DNA of 31,406 nucleotides from an uncultured bacterium (lineage in GTDB: Bacteria; Oederibacteriota; JAJYGY01). Made by a program: the position numbers and the translations under genes. The DNA lies in the NCBI GenBank assembly GCA_964463435.1, contig CAYXCT010000002.1, forward strand, positions 1 through 31,406, in the 5' to 3' direction. Of this stretch, positions 13,612 through 21,472 are shown in pieces (positions within the stretch are counted from its first letter, which is position 1; every line of letters starts with the position of its first letter). Below the pieces are notes generated by a model. That model made no database searches. It saw only the letters and a program-made list of their open reading frames with translations, and was not told the DNA's origin.

Positions 13612-13845
13612 GGGATCTCCAGGTCAAAGGATCAAAATCCATTCAAGTACTCTAAATGCCTGGGGGTGGCTATTTATTCCTTGCCATCCATCCCAGGAAC
13701 TCTCCCTTGCGCGGTGATCCTGGGCTTTGCCAGGGCCAGATCCAGGGGAATAAACCGCCTTTCTGCATCATCCTTCTTATGGGAAAGGCTCCCTTGGAGA
13801 GATCAGCAAGCATCAGGTCTATAACCCCCACCATGAGGCAAGTTC

Positions 13846-14769
13846 ATGAGGAAAAGCAGCTCCTTCTCGGGTTTGGTCTTTTTCATCATCCTAGCCGCCG
13901 GAGGCGGATGGGCGCTTTCCCTGTACCGGGCTGGAAACCCCACCAGCACCTGGGTCGGCATCCTCGCCTTTGCCGTGGCTTTGGCCGTTTCCATGGCGAT
14001 CAAGGTCGCGGACCAGTGGGAGAAGGTGGTTGTCCTGCGGCTGGGCAAGTTCCGCTCCCTTGACGGGCCGGGGCTGTTCTTCATCATCCCCATCATTGAC
14101 ACCATCGCCTATTGGATCGACACCCGCGTGATCACGGCTTCCTTCAAGGCGGAGAAGACCTTGACCAAGGACACCGTGCCGGTGGACGTGGATGCGGTGC
14201 TGTTCTGGAAGGTGCTGGACCCAAAGAAGGCCGCCTTGGACGTGGCTGATTACCAGAGCGCCATCAGCTGGGCCTCGCAGACCGCGCTGCGCGATGTCAT
14301 CGGCAAGACCATGCTCTCGGACATGCTGGAAGGCAGGGAAAAGATAAGCAAGGAGCTGCAGCGCATCATTGACGAGCGCACCGAGCCCTGGGGCATCAAC
14401 GTCATCTCGGTTGAGGTGAAGGATGTGCTGATCCCCTCGGCCCTGGAGGACGCCATGTCCATGCAGGCCCAGGCGGAAAGAGAACGCCAGGCCCGGGTGA
14501 TCCTGGGCGACTCAGAGCGCCAAGTGGCGGAGAAGTTCGGGGAGGCAGCCAAAACCTACATTGACAACCCTGTGGCCCTTCATCTGAGGGCCATGAACAT
14601 GCTGTATGAGGGCCTCAAGGAGAACGCCACCATTGTCATTGTGCCCAGCACGGTGGTGGAGACCATGCAGCTGGGCGGCATGGCCGGGTTGGCGGCGCTG
14701 ACCATGGGCATTGGCCAGGAGAACGCGAACAAGGCGAAGCAAGCTGTGCAGAAGGAAGCCGGGCTCTAG
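13846..14769 (+). CDS. SPFH / band-7 (stomatin-like) membrane protein.
   Basis: It has an N-terminal TM segment followed by VVVLRLGKF and then a coiled-coil region AQAERERQARVILGDSE, which is typical SPFH architecture. Confidence 0.85.
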   Translation: MRKSSSFSGLVFFIILAAGGGWALSLYRAGNPTSTWVGILAFAVALAVSMAIKVADQWEKVVVLRLGKFRSLDGPGLFFIIPIIDTIAYWIDTRVITASFKAEKTLTKDTVPVDVDAVLFWKVLDPKKAALDVADYQSAISWASQTALRDVIGKTMLSDMLEGREKISKELQRIIDERTEPWGINVISVEVKDVLIPSALEDAMSMQAQAERERQARVILGDSERQVAEKFGEAAKTYIDNPVALHLRAMNMLYEGLKENATIVIVPSTVVETMQLGGMAGLAALTMGIGQENANKAKQAVQKEAGL

Positions 14770-14770
14770 A

Positions 14771-14920
14771 TCAGAAGCGCTTGCCCACGCCCATCTGCAA
14801 GCCAGGCTGGTTCTGCGGCAGCAGGGTGCCATAGAGGCTCAGGTCCAGCGGGTCGTCATGCAGCAGCAGCAGCTTCACAATGCCGCCGGCGCGGTACTCC
14901 ATGCGGTCGGCATCCTCCCC
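14771..14920 (-). repeat. Orphan ~150-bp copy (~95% nt identity) of the 3' end of the 23944..26604 gene. It is a gene-fragment remnant.
   Basis: Direct comparison of 14771-14920 with 23944-24093 shows about 8 mismatches in 150 nt. The translated product is …EDADRMEYRAGGIVKLLLLHDDPLDLSLYGTLLPQNQPGLQMGVGKRF, against …AEDADRMEYRAGGIVELLLLHDDPLDLSLYGTLLPQNQPGLQMGVGKRF. Similarity ends abruptly at 14920. Confidence 0.85.
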
Positions 14921-14924
14921 ATCA

Positions 14925-15121
14925 GCGGTTGCGTCGCCAGCGCCCAAGTTTTTGACCTCTCCGGCAGCCGTGTCTGCCAGGTCCAGTCTTCCTCGGCGAC
15001 AGGGCGGCTCAGCATCCCCATCCAAATCTTGTCCGCGGGCGTCTACCTGGTGCGATTCGCGCAGGTGCAAGAAGGCGCAGTCCAGGCATCCAGCATGCTC
15101 AAGCTGGCGATCGTGCGCTGA
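14925..15121 (+). pseudogene. Orphan 3' fragment encoding a T9SS type-A / FlgD-Ig-like C-terminal sorting domain. It has no N-terminal body.
   Basis: The in-frame translation is …AQVFDLSGSRVCQVQSSSATGRLSIPIQILSAGVYLVRFAQVQEGAVQASSMLKLAIVR*. It fits the CTD pattern (vyDlsGr.v…l..L.sGvYlvr….kl.i.r). Upstream in the same frame is only antisense of the duplicated fragment. There is no signal peptide or catalytic domain. Confidence 0.5.
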
Positions 15122-15137
15122 TGTCCACCGCCTTGTC

Positions 15138-16481
15138 TCAAGCGGCCTTGAGCACCCGCGCCCAGGTTGCTGGCACAGCGGTCTGGGCCCAAGTTACGCT
15201 CTCGCCGTTGTTGAGCAGGTCTGCATAGGCCTGGCCTGGCGCATCCTTGATGAGGCTCTGCAAAGGCAGCGGGGCATTGCTGGCGTTGATCACTACCAGC
15301 AGGCGCTCATCGGCTGCTGCACGCTCAAAGGCCAGGTGTTCAGCGCCCACGCAGAGCTGGCGATAGCTGCCTTGGCGCAAGGCCTGGCAGCGCTGGCGCA
15401 GATGGGCCAGGCGGCGGATGGCATCAACAAGGTCTTGGGGCTGCTCATGCCTCATCCTCTGCAGATCCAGGGCGGGTCGCAGCATGCGGTCGTCTTGTGG
15501 GCTGCGCTTTGCCAAGAGGCCCCATTCGCTGCCGCAATAGATGGAAGGCACCCCTGGCATGGTGAACAAGAGGCAATACAGGGAAAAGAGGTGGGCCCGG
15601 TCCTTGAGCGAGGAAGCCACCCGGTCCACGTCGTGGTTGTCAGCAAAATTATAGAGCGGCAGGCCGCGATAGAGGCCCGTGGCTCCAAATTGCCTGTCCA
15701 GCGCATAGGCTATCTCAAAGAGATTGTGGTCATTATGGCTGGACCAAAGGCCCTTATAGGCCTCGTAGTTGGTGATGGAATGGAGGCGGTTGGGGTTGGC
15801 CCATAGGTTGTAGTCGCCGTGGATCACCTCGCCCAGCAGATAGAAGCCGGGCTTCAGGCCATCGCAATGCCGGCGCAGGCAGGTGAGGAATTCCAGGTCC
15901 AGGCAGTCGGCTGTGTCCAGGCGCAAGCCATCAATGCCAAAGGCGCGCACCCAGTGGCTGACCGCCTGCAAGAGATGGCGCTTCACCTCAGGATGGTTCT
16001 GCCTCAGGCGCGGCAGGTCTTGGGCCTGCTGCCAGCACTCGTAATTGAAAGCATCCCCCAGGCTTGAGCCACGGCTGAAATCGATGCCCCGGTACCAATC
16101 CTTGTACGGTGAGGCAGCGCCGTTCTTTTGCAGGTCTTTGAAGGCCCAAAAATCCCGGCCCGTGTGGCCAAAGACAGCGTCCAGCACCACCTTCAGGCCC
16201 AGGCCATGCGCCCGGCGCACCAGCTCTGCGAGCAGGTCCTCATCGCCCAATCGCCGGTCCACCTTGAGATAGTCGGCGGTGTCGTAGCCATGGCTGGTCG
16301 ATTCAAAGACCGGGCCCAAGTAGATGGCTCCCGCTCCCAGGTCGCGCGCATGCTCCAGCCAGGCGAAGACCTGGCCCAGCCGGGGCTTTGGAGCGGCGCT
16401 GAAGTCGTTGCGCAGCGGAGCCCCGCACAGGCCCAAGGGATATAGATGGTAAAAGAGGGCCTCGGTGAACCAGGGTGCCAT
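15138..16481 (-). CDS. Alpha-amylase family glycoside hydrolase (GH13).
   Basis: The first ~90 codons of the stop-to-stop ORF are low-complexity and non-coding-like, so the start is trimmed to MAPWFTEALFYHLYPLG, which has a GGAGG RBS. GH13 motifs are present: DAVFGHTG, GIDGLRLDTAD, EVIHGDY and FADNHD. Confidence 0.85.
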   Translation of the reverse strand: MAPWFTEALFYHLYPLGLCGAPLRNDFSAAPKPRLGQVFAWLEHARDLGAGAIYLGPVFESTSHGYDTADYLKVDRRLGDEDLLAELVRRAHGLGLKVVLDAVFGHTGRDFWAFKDLQKNGAASPYKDWYRGIDFSRGSSLGDAFNYECWQQAQDLPRLRQNHPEVKRHLLQAVSHWVRAFGIDGLRLDTADCLDLEFLTCLRRHCDGLKPGFYLLGEVIHGDYNLWANPNRLHSITNYEAYKGLWSSHNDHNLFEIAYALDRQFGATGLYRGLPLYNFADNHDVDRVASSLKDRAHLFSLYCLLFTMPGVPSIYCGSEWGLLAKRSPQDDRMLRPALDLQRMRHEQPQDLVDAIRRLAHLRQRCQALRQGSYRQLCVGAEHLAFERAAADERLLVVINASNAPLPLQSLIKDAPGQAYADLLNNGESVTWAQTAVPATWARVLKAA

Positions 16482-16557
16482 GGCAGCCTCCTCAATATCC
16501 TTACTGGTAGGTATAGTGTTGGGCAAAAGATAAGGGGCTCCCGCCCCTTTTTCCTGT

Positions 16558-17181
16558 TCAGGAATAGATACCGTGCATGAACTGGTGCACGGCTTGGTAA
16601 CGCAGCTTGTCGTCCAGCTGCGTGAGGCCGTTGACCGAGATGTTGATGTAATTGTTGAGCATGCCCAAGAACGTGACGGCATAGGCCTGATGCCGGTTGC
16701 GCATGTTGCCGTGATCCAGGGCCGCTTTTTTGAACAGGCCCTCAAGCAGGGCATATTGCTGCTGATTGAAGCTCAGCGTGACCTTGCGCGCCTCGCTCTC
16801 CAAGGGCCCCAGCCAAAGGGCCATGTTCAAACGGGCCAGCATGGGCTGATCGCGGGCAAAATCGAAATAGACCCTGGCCACCTCATTCAAGGTCTTGGGA
16901 AGGTCGTGGTGATAGTCAGCGGCTTGCCGCAAGCGGGCCAGCAGCGCCTCCATCCGCTCGCCCAGCAGCGCCTCCAACAGGCCCAGCTTGCTGCCAAAGT
17001 AGTGGTAAAGAGTGGGCTTGGTGACCCCGACCCCGTCCACGATCTCCTGCACGCCCACGCCATCGTAGCCGTGCGCCACAAACAGGCGCAAAGCACAGGC
17101 CATCAGTTTTGACCGGTTGTCGAGGTCGGTGTCCATGAAGGAATTATACCGATAGGTATAGGCGTTGTCAAGAGTCGTCAT
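16558..17181 (-). CDS. TetR/AcrR family transcriptional regulator.
   Basis: The N-terminal HTH reads SKLMACALRLFVAHGYDGVGVQEIVDGVGVTKPTLYHYFGSKLGLLEAL. The start is trimmed to MTTLDNAY (207 aa). It lies directly upstream of the GH13 gene on the same strand. Confidence 0.85.
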   Translation of the reverse strand: MTTLDNAYTYRYNSFMDTDLDNRSKLMACALRLFVAHGYDGVGVQEIVDGVGVTKPTLYHYFGSKLGLLEALLGERMEALLARLRQAADYHHDLPKTLNEVARVYFDFARDQPMLARLNMALWLGPLESEARKVTLSFNQQQYALLEGLFKKAALDHGNMRNRHQAYAVTFLGMLNNYINISVNGLTQLDDKLRYQAVHQFMHGIYS

Positions 17182-17488
17182 GGCGCCCTCTCCGGTCGCT
17201 GTGGCCGCCGCTGACAGCACCCCTGTTGGAAAATCTCCATGGTCTGCCCATAGGTGCGCTCGCCAAAGCTGGGAATGGATTATAATCTCCCAAAGCTTGC
17301 AAAGGCATTCACAGGGGATTGAAGGGCGGTCTGCAGGCGGTCCCGAAGCCCGCAAAGGGGATCATCGGCGAAGGAGGGCTCCTTGAAACGCTGGAATGAG
17401 CTGGATATGGGAGACTTGATGGCTGGAGCAGGCTATGCCGGCCGCGTCGCGGTGCAGCGCTGGCTGCTTGCATGAACAGGCGGATTTG

Positions 17489-17914
17489 ATGGAATTCGTA
17501 GCAGCTTTTGGGGGATACGATTTTACCTTTGGCCAAGACCAATGGTTTATCCGGCTGTATCAAAAAGAACCTTCAGTGTCACTGCTGGAGTATTGCCCCT
17601 TTTCTGCAGATGCCATGGGCAGGGATCGCTGGGATCTTGTTGCCGCTGGATTGCAAAAAGAGCCTTGGCATTGGCAACTCAAGCTTGATTTCGCTGATCA
17701 TGAGACCACAATCTTGAAGAAACAGAAGGCGCTCAATGATTTGAAAGATCTATTGAAGCGGGACCCTGGCCAGCCAGATATATTCGCAATGACGGACAGC
17801 ACCTTGCTTTACATTGGCTTTGAAGGCGAACGAATGGAACTATTTGATGCGGCTCTTTCTATCACGGCTAGGGCGCCTGCGGTCTTGGTGGCAGCAGCGC
17901 AGGTGAAGCTATAA
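17489..17914 (+). CDS. Hypothetical protein (142 aa) in a low-GC patch.
   Basis: It is an ORF starting MEFVAAFGGYDF, with no motif I can assign. Local GC is roughly 48%, versus roughly 65% for the surroundings. Confidence 0.45.
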   Translation: MEFVAAFGGYDFTFGQDQWFIRLYQKEPSVSLLEYCPFSADAMGRDRWDLVAAGLQKEPWHWQLKLDFADHETTILKKQKALNDLKDLLKRDPGQPDIFAMTDSTLLYIGFEGERMELFDAALSITARAPAVLVAAAQVKL

Positions 17915-18101
17915 GGATGGCCGGCCATCCTCATGCCTCGGTTATCCGGCGCGGGCAGCTTTCGGCAGGATTATTCAAGCAATTCGCAGGATCAGGCAAA
18001 AGGCTGGCGCAAGCAGGGGGTATAGTCTGGGCATGCATGGGCTCGCTCGGTGGAGCGCCCATTGAAGCTGCCCGGGCCCTGTGCCTGCCATGAGGAGCCT
18101 T

Positions 18102-18635
18102 ATGAAGAAGATCTTGATCCTCTCAGCCAGCCCCAGGAAGGGCGGCAATTCGGACATGCTCTGCGACCAGTTCGCCAAGGGCGCGCACGACAAGGGGCAC
18201 CAGGTCGAGAAGCTGCGCTTGCCGGAGAAGAAGATAGGCTATTGCACCGGCTGCGGCAACTGCTTTGACGGCAAGGGCTGCCCGCAAAAGGATGCCATGC
18301 CCGAGGTCTTGCAGAAGATGGTCGCTGCGCATGCCATTGTCATGGCCACCCCGGTCTACTTCTATGCCATGAACGGCCAGATGAAGACCTTGATCGATCG
18401 CACCTGCGCCCGCTACCGGGAGATCAGCGGCAAGGAGTTCTATTTCATCGTGACCGCTGCTGACGGGAGCAAGGCCGCCATGCAGCGCACGCTGAAGGGC
18501 TTCCGTGGCTTCACTTACTGCCTGGATGGGGCCAAGGAGATGGGGGTGCTCTATGGCGTGGGTGCCTGGAAGGCGGGGGATGTGGCCAAGACCGCGGCTT
18601 TTCAGCAAGCTTATGCCATGGGCCAAGCAGCTTGA
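18102..18635 (+). CDS. Iron-sulfur flavoprotein / NADPH-dependent FMN reductase (flavodoxin-like fold, Isf type).
   Basis: It begins MKKILILSASPRKGGNSD, a flavodoxin-like NADPH-FMN reductase N-terminus. It has the compact 4-Cys motif C-x2-C-x2-C-x5-C (YCTGCGNCFDGKGC). A GGAG RBS is present. Confidence 0.7.
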   Translation: MKKILILSASPRKGGNSDMLCDQFAKGAHDKGHQVEKLRLPEKKIGYCTGCGNCFDGKGCPQKDAMPEVLQKMVAAHAIVMATPVYFYAMNGQMKTLIDRTCARYREISGKEFYFIVTAADGSKAAMQRTLKGFRGFTYCLDGAKEMGVLYGVGAWKAGDVAKTAAFQQAYAMGQAA

Positions 18636-18700
18636 AGGTTGCCTTGTTGGGGGACTCAGACCTAGCATCCATGAGGAAGGCATCCCTCATCCTGCCAAAG

Positions 18701-18734
18701 AAAAGGCCGCCCAAGTGGGCGGCCTTTTCTTTGG
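18701..18734 (+). terminator. Rho-independent terminator after the flavoprotein gene.
   Basis: There is an 8-bp stem GGCCGCCC/GGGCGGCC with loop AAGT, followed by TTTTCTTT. Confidence 0.6.
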
Positions 18735-18849
18735 CACTCAGCTGCTCTTGATTCGCTGCTCAGACCTACGACAATCCAAAGGATGGCCCTGATAATGGAA
18801 TTGCCCAATAAGCCCTGCTTGGGTATAGTTTTTTCGGGCCATTCCAACG

Positions 18850-18878
18850 GCCGCCGCCAGCAAGGGGCGGCTTTTTTT
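18850..18878 (+). terminator. Second plus-strand terminator-like hairpin with a T7 tract, ~40 nt upstream of the sigma-factor gene.
   Basis: The hairpin is GCCGCC-agcaagg-GGCGGC, followed by TTTTTTT. Confidence 0.4.
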
Positions 18879-18919
18879 CCATCCGCATGGAAGAAAAGGC
18901 CGGGGCGCGGATTAGAGGG

Positions 18920-19492
18920 ATGAGAGCGATGATCGCTGATGAAGCCAGATTGCTGGAGGGCTTGCGGGCCAAGGAAACCTGGGCTCAAGAAGCCCTGTAT
19001 GAGGCCTATCGGGGCCGCCTCATCCGCACCGCCGGCCATTTCCTTGGCTGGCAGGACCCTGAGGCTGAGGACCTGGCGCATGAGACCTTTATCATCGCCA
19101 TGCAGAGGATCCATCAATTCAAGCCTCGCCGGGGCATCTACAGCTGGCTCAACCGCATCTGCGTGCATCTTTGCTTCAAGCGCCTGCGCCAGCGCCAGCG
19201 CGTGGTGGCGACCCAGCATGACGAGCTGGAGGCCCTGGCTGGCGGCCAGGCTAAGCCGCAGGGGGATGAAGCCCTGGCGCAAGAGAAGCTGCTGGCCATG
19301 CTCCGCGAGCAGATGCAGAACCTGGGGGCCCGCTGCCGAGAGATTGTGGAGCTGCGCGATCGCCAGGGCTTGCATTATGCCGCCATCGCCCGGCGCTTGA
19401 AGCTGCCCATGGGCACGGTGTTCTCGCGGCTGGCGCGCTGCCGCGCTGCCTTGAAGAGCCTGGTGCTGGCGGCTGGGGGGAGGGGATCATGA
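18920..19492 (+). CDS. ECF-type RNA polymerase sigma-70 family factor.
   Basis: Region 2 reads DLAHETFIIAMQRIHQF. The region 4 HTH reads ELRDRQGLHYAAIARRLKLPMGTVFSRLARCR. The start is uncertain (ATG at 18920 or 18929; the ORF is open from 18887). Confidence 0.8.
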   Translation: MRAMIADEARLLEGLRAKETWAQEALYEAYRGRLIRTAGHFLGWQDPEAEDLAHETFIIAMQRIHQFKPRRGIYSWLNRICVHLCFKRLRQRQRVVATQHDELEALAGGQAKPQGDEALAQEKLLAMLREQMQNLGARCREIVELRDRQGLHYAAIARRLKLPMGTVFSRLARCRAALKSLVLAAGGRGS

Positions 19493-20145
19493 GCACAGAC
19501 CTCCTGGAGGCCTATTTTCAGCGCGACCTGAGCGACAAGGAGCTGGCGCAAGTAGAAGCCAGCTTGGCGCGCTCAGAGGAGGCCGCGGAGCGCTTCGCGG
19601 GCCTGGCCGCGGCCTTCAGCGCCGAGCTGGGCCTGCCAGATGCCAAGCCCGGCTCAGGCCGCGGGCGGATCCAGATGGGCTGGTGGCTGGGCGCCATGGG
19701 CCTGGCCTTGGCCCTGGCCGCCCTGTTCGTGGGCTTGCATCACCGCAGCCTTGCCCGGTCTCCGTTCTCAGCTCGGCCCCAGGCCCATGCTGCGCCCCTT
19801 GCCCCTTCCCAGGCGCCGGCTGCTCGCAAAGCCGCTGCTGTGCCGCCGCCGCCCGCGGGCCCGCTGGCCGGGCAGGCCTCCCATGCCTATGCTGGGCTGG
19901 AGATCAGCCTTGATGTGCAGGACCAGGGCCAGGTCACGGCACGGGTGCTGGGCCCGGGCGGCGCCACCCGGCGCCTGCTCTATGATGGCACGCTGGAGCC
20001 GGGCCAGCAGACCCTGCGCTGGGATGGCTTGGATGATGCAGGGCAGCCCTGCGCCAGCGGCGAGTACATCATAGAAGTCACCCAGGGCGCAGCCACCTTG
20101 CGGCGGACGGTGGTGCTCGATCAGCTGCCCCCTGAGCCGCGCTGA
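19489..20145 (+). CDS. Anti-sigma factor with a single TM helix and a C-terminal FlgD-Ig-like domain.
   Basis: It overlaps the sigma gene stop (ATGA) and has a GGGGGGAGGGG RBS. A ~50-aa cytoplasmic N-terminus is followed by a TM helix (WWLGAMGLALALAALFVGL) and a Pro/Ala-rich linker. The C-terminus, LRWDGLDDAGQPCASGEYIIEV, matches the FlgD-Ig motif WDGxDDxGxxxxxGxY. Confidence 0.7.
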   Translation: MSTDLLEAYFQRDLSDKELAQVEASLARSEEAAERFAGLAAAFSAELGLPDAKPGSGRGRIQMGWWLGAMGLALALAALFVGLHHRSLARSPFSARPQAHAAPLAPSQAPAARKAAAVPPPPAGPLAGQASHAYAGLEISLDVQDQGQVTARVLGPGGATRRLLYDGTLEPGQQTLRWDGLDDAGQPCASGEYIIEVTQGAATLRRTVVLDQLPPEPR

Positions 20146-20210
20146 GCTCTTGCAGGATGGGCGGGATGACCCGCAATTGCATGCCACGCAAGCGAAACCA
20201 TGGAGGTGAG

Positions 20211-21200
20211 ATGCTGCGCCAGAGCTTGGCAATGGCCCTAGGGGCGATGCTGATGGCAGGGACCACGATGGGGGCTGCGCAGGATCCTGCGCCCTTGGAG
20301 GGCAAGGCCCACCCGCGCGCTTCCGAGGGCTATCATCCAGCGCCCCCCACGGCCAGCCTGCAGGCCCGCCAGGCGTCCTGGCTGTGGATGCGCGTGGCAA
20401 AGGTGGACGACGGCATGGCCCAGGTGGGCGACGAGGAGCTGAGCAGCAACGAGCAGGGCCGCTATTACAAGCAGGCCAAAGCCGCGGAGGCCGTGCGGCT
20501 GCTCAAGCAGAGCCACAGCGATCGCATCAAGAGCGTGCTCTGGTACAGCGTGGCCCCGGCATTGTGCATCGGCGTGGGCGGCTACGCCGGCTATGCGGTG
20601 GGCTTCATGAAGAGCTGGAACGAGGCCAGCAGCGGCAATGGCAACAGCAACGTGGGCCAGAACATCGGCACTGGCCTGGTGACGGGCCTGGCCATCGGCG
20701 CGGCCGTGGGCCTGGGCTTGGGCATCCCCATGGGCTTGAGCGACGCCCACGAGAGCCGCGTGCACATGGAAGAGGCCAGCCAGAGCTTCAACAGCAAGCT
20801 GCTGCAAGACCTGAACCTGTCGGTGTCCATGCTCAAGGGCGGGGCGGCTCTGGGGGTGAGCAAGAGCTTCGCAAGCTCCCCGCTGCCTGATGCCAAGCCC
20901 GCGCCGGCTGCCCAGGCATCGGATGACCTCAAGCTCCGCTTCTCGCTCCCGCCCGACCATTATTCACGGGCTCAGGCGCTGGAGGCAAAGGGCGAGCTCA
21001 GCGAAGCGGTGGGAGAGTATCAAGAAGCGCTCAAGGAAAACGACAAGGATGAAAAGAGCCTGCGCGGCCTGGGCGGCGTGTATTACAAACAGGGTGCGCT
21101 CAAGAGTGCGTTGCATTGCTTTGAACAGGTCTTGCAGCTCCGGCCCAGCGATGTTGCCTTGCGTCACTGGGTGGATAACGCAAAGGCTGCTTTGCCTTGA
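20211..21200 (+). CDS. Secreted/membrane protein with a glycine-zipper segment and C-terminal TPR repeats.
   Basis: The start is trimmed to MLRQSLAMALGAMLMAGTTMGAA (a signal peptide with a GGAGG RBS). The glycine zipper reads GTGLVTGLAIGAAVGLGLGIPMGL. The C-terminal TPR-like helices read AQALEAKGELSEAVGEYQEALK…GGVYYKQGALKSALHCFEQVLQLRP. Confidence 0.55.
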   Translation: MLRQSLAMALGAMLMAGTTMGAAQDPAPLEGKAHPRASEGYHPAPPTASLQARQASWLWMRVAKVDDGMAQVGDEELSSNEQGRYYKQAKAAEAVRLLKQSHSDRIKSVLWYSVAPALCIGVGGYAGYAVGFMKSWNEASSGNGNSNVGQNIGTGLVTGLAIGAAVGLGLGIPMGLSDAHESRVHMEEASQSFNSKLLQDLNLSVSMLKGGAALGVSKSFASSPLPDAKPAPAAQASDDLKLRFSLPPDHYSRAQALEAKGELSEAVGEYQEALKENDKDEKSLRGLGGVYYKQGALKSALHCFEQVLQLRPSDVALRHWVDNAKAALP

Positions 21201-21472
21201 AATAAGAAAGTTCTTTAATCGATCACCCTTTTATGAGTTGGTGAATGCGCTTGGCCGATTGTGTTGGTGTTTTTCATGCGATTTTTTTGTGCTAATTTTG
21301 TCGCCAGGTTGCCCGTTATTTTTGTCTTCATGGAAGAAATGATCGGGAGAGGGATTGTAGGGTTGAGGCCGTTAACTGCGGATGAAGTCAAACTCCTCAT
21401 GCAGATCGGGCTCGGGTCACCGGACTTGAGGGGCAACACTCAACTGGCAGTTTAGCCTCTAGGAGGGCAGGT

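Noticed and set aside
14711-15121. The 136-aa plus-strand ORF spanning the SPFH stop through the CTD fragment.
   Set aside because: Its N-terminal two-thirds is simply the antisense of the duplicated 3' gene fragment. Only the last ~65 codons carry a sorting-domain signal. It is treated as a chimeric read-through of a scar, not as a gene.
15138-16754. An extended 538-aa version of the GH13 ORF and a 265-aa version of the TetR ORF (to 17355).
   Set aside because: The upstream extensions are Ser/Thr/Cys low-complexity with no RBS. Internal Met codons preceded by GGAGG-type RBSs give normal family lengths (447 and 207 aa).
17915-17930. The GGATGGCCGGCCATCC palindrome as an intrinsic terminator.
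   Set aside because: The stem-loop would have a very short loop and is not followed by a T-tract. It is more likely a protein-binding site or REP-like element. It is kept as an observation only.
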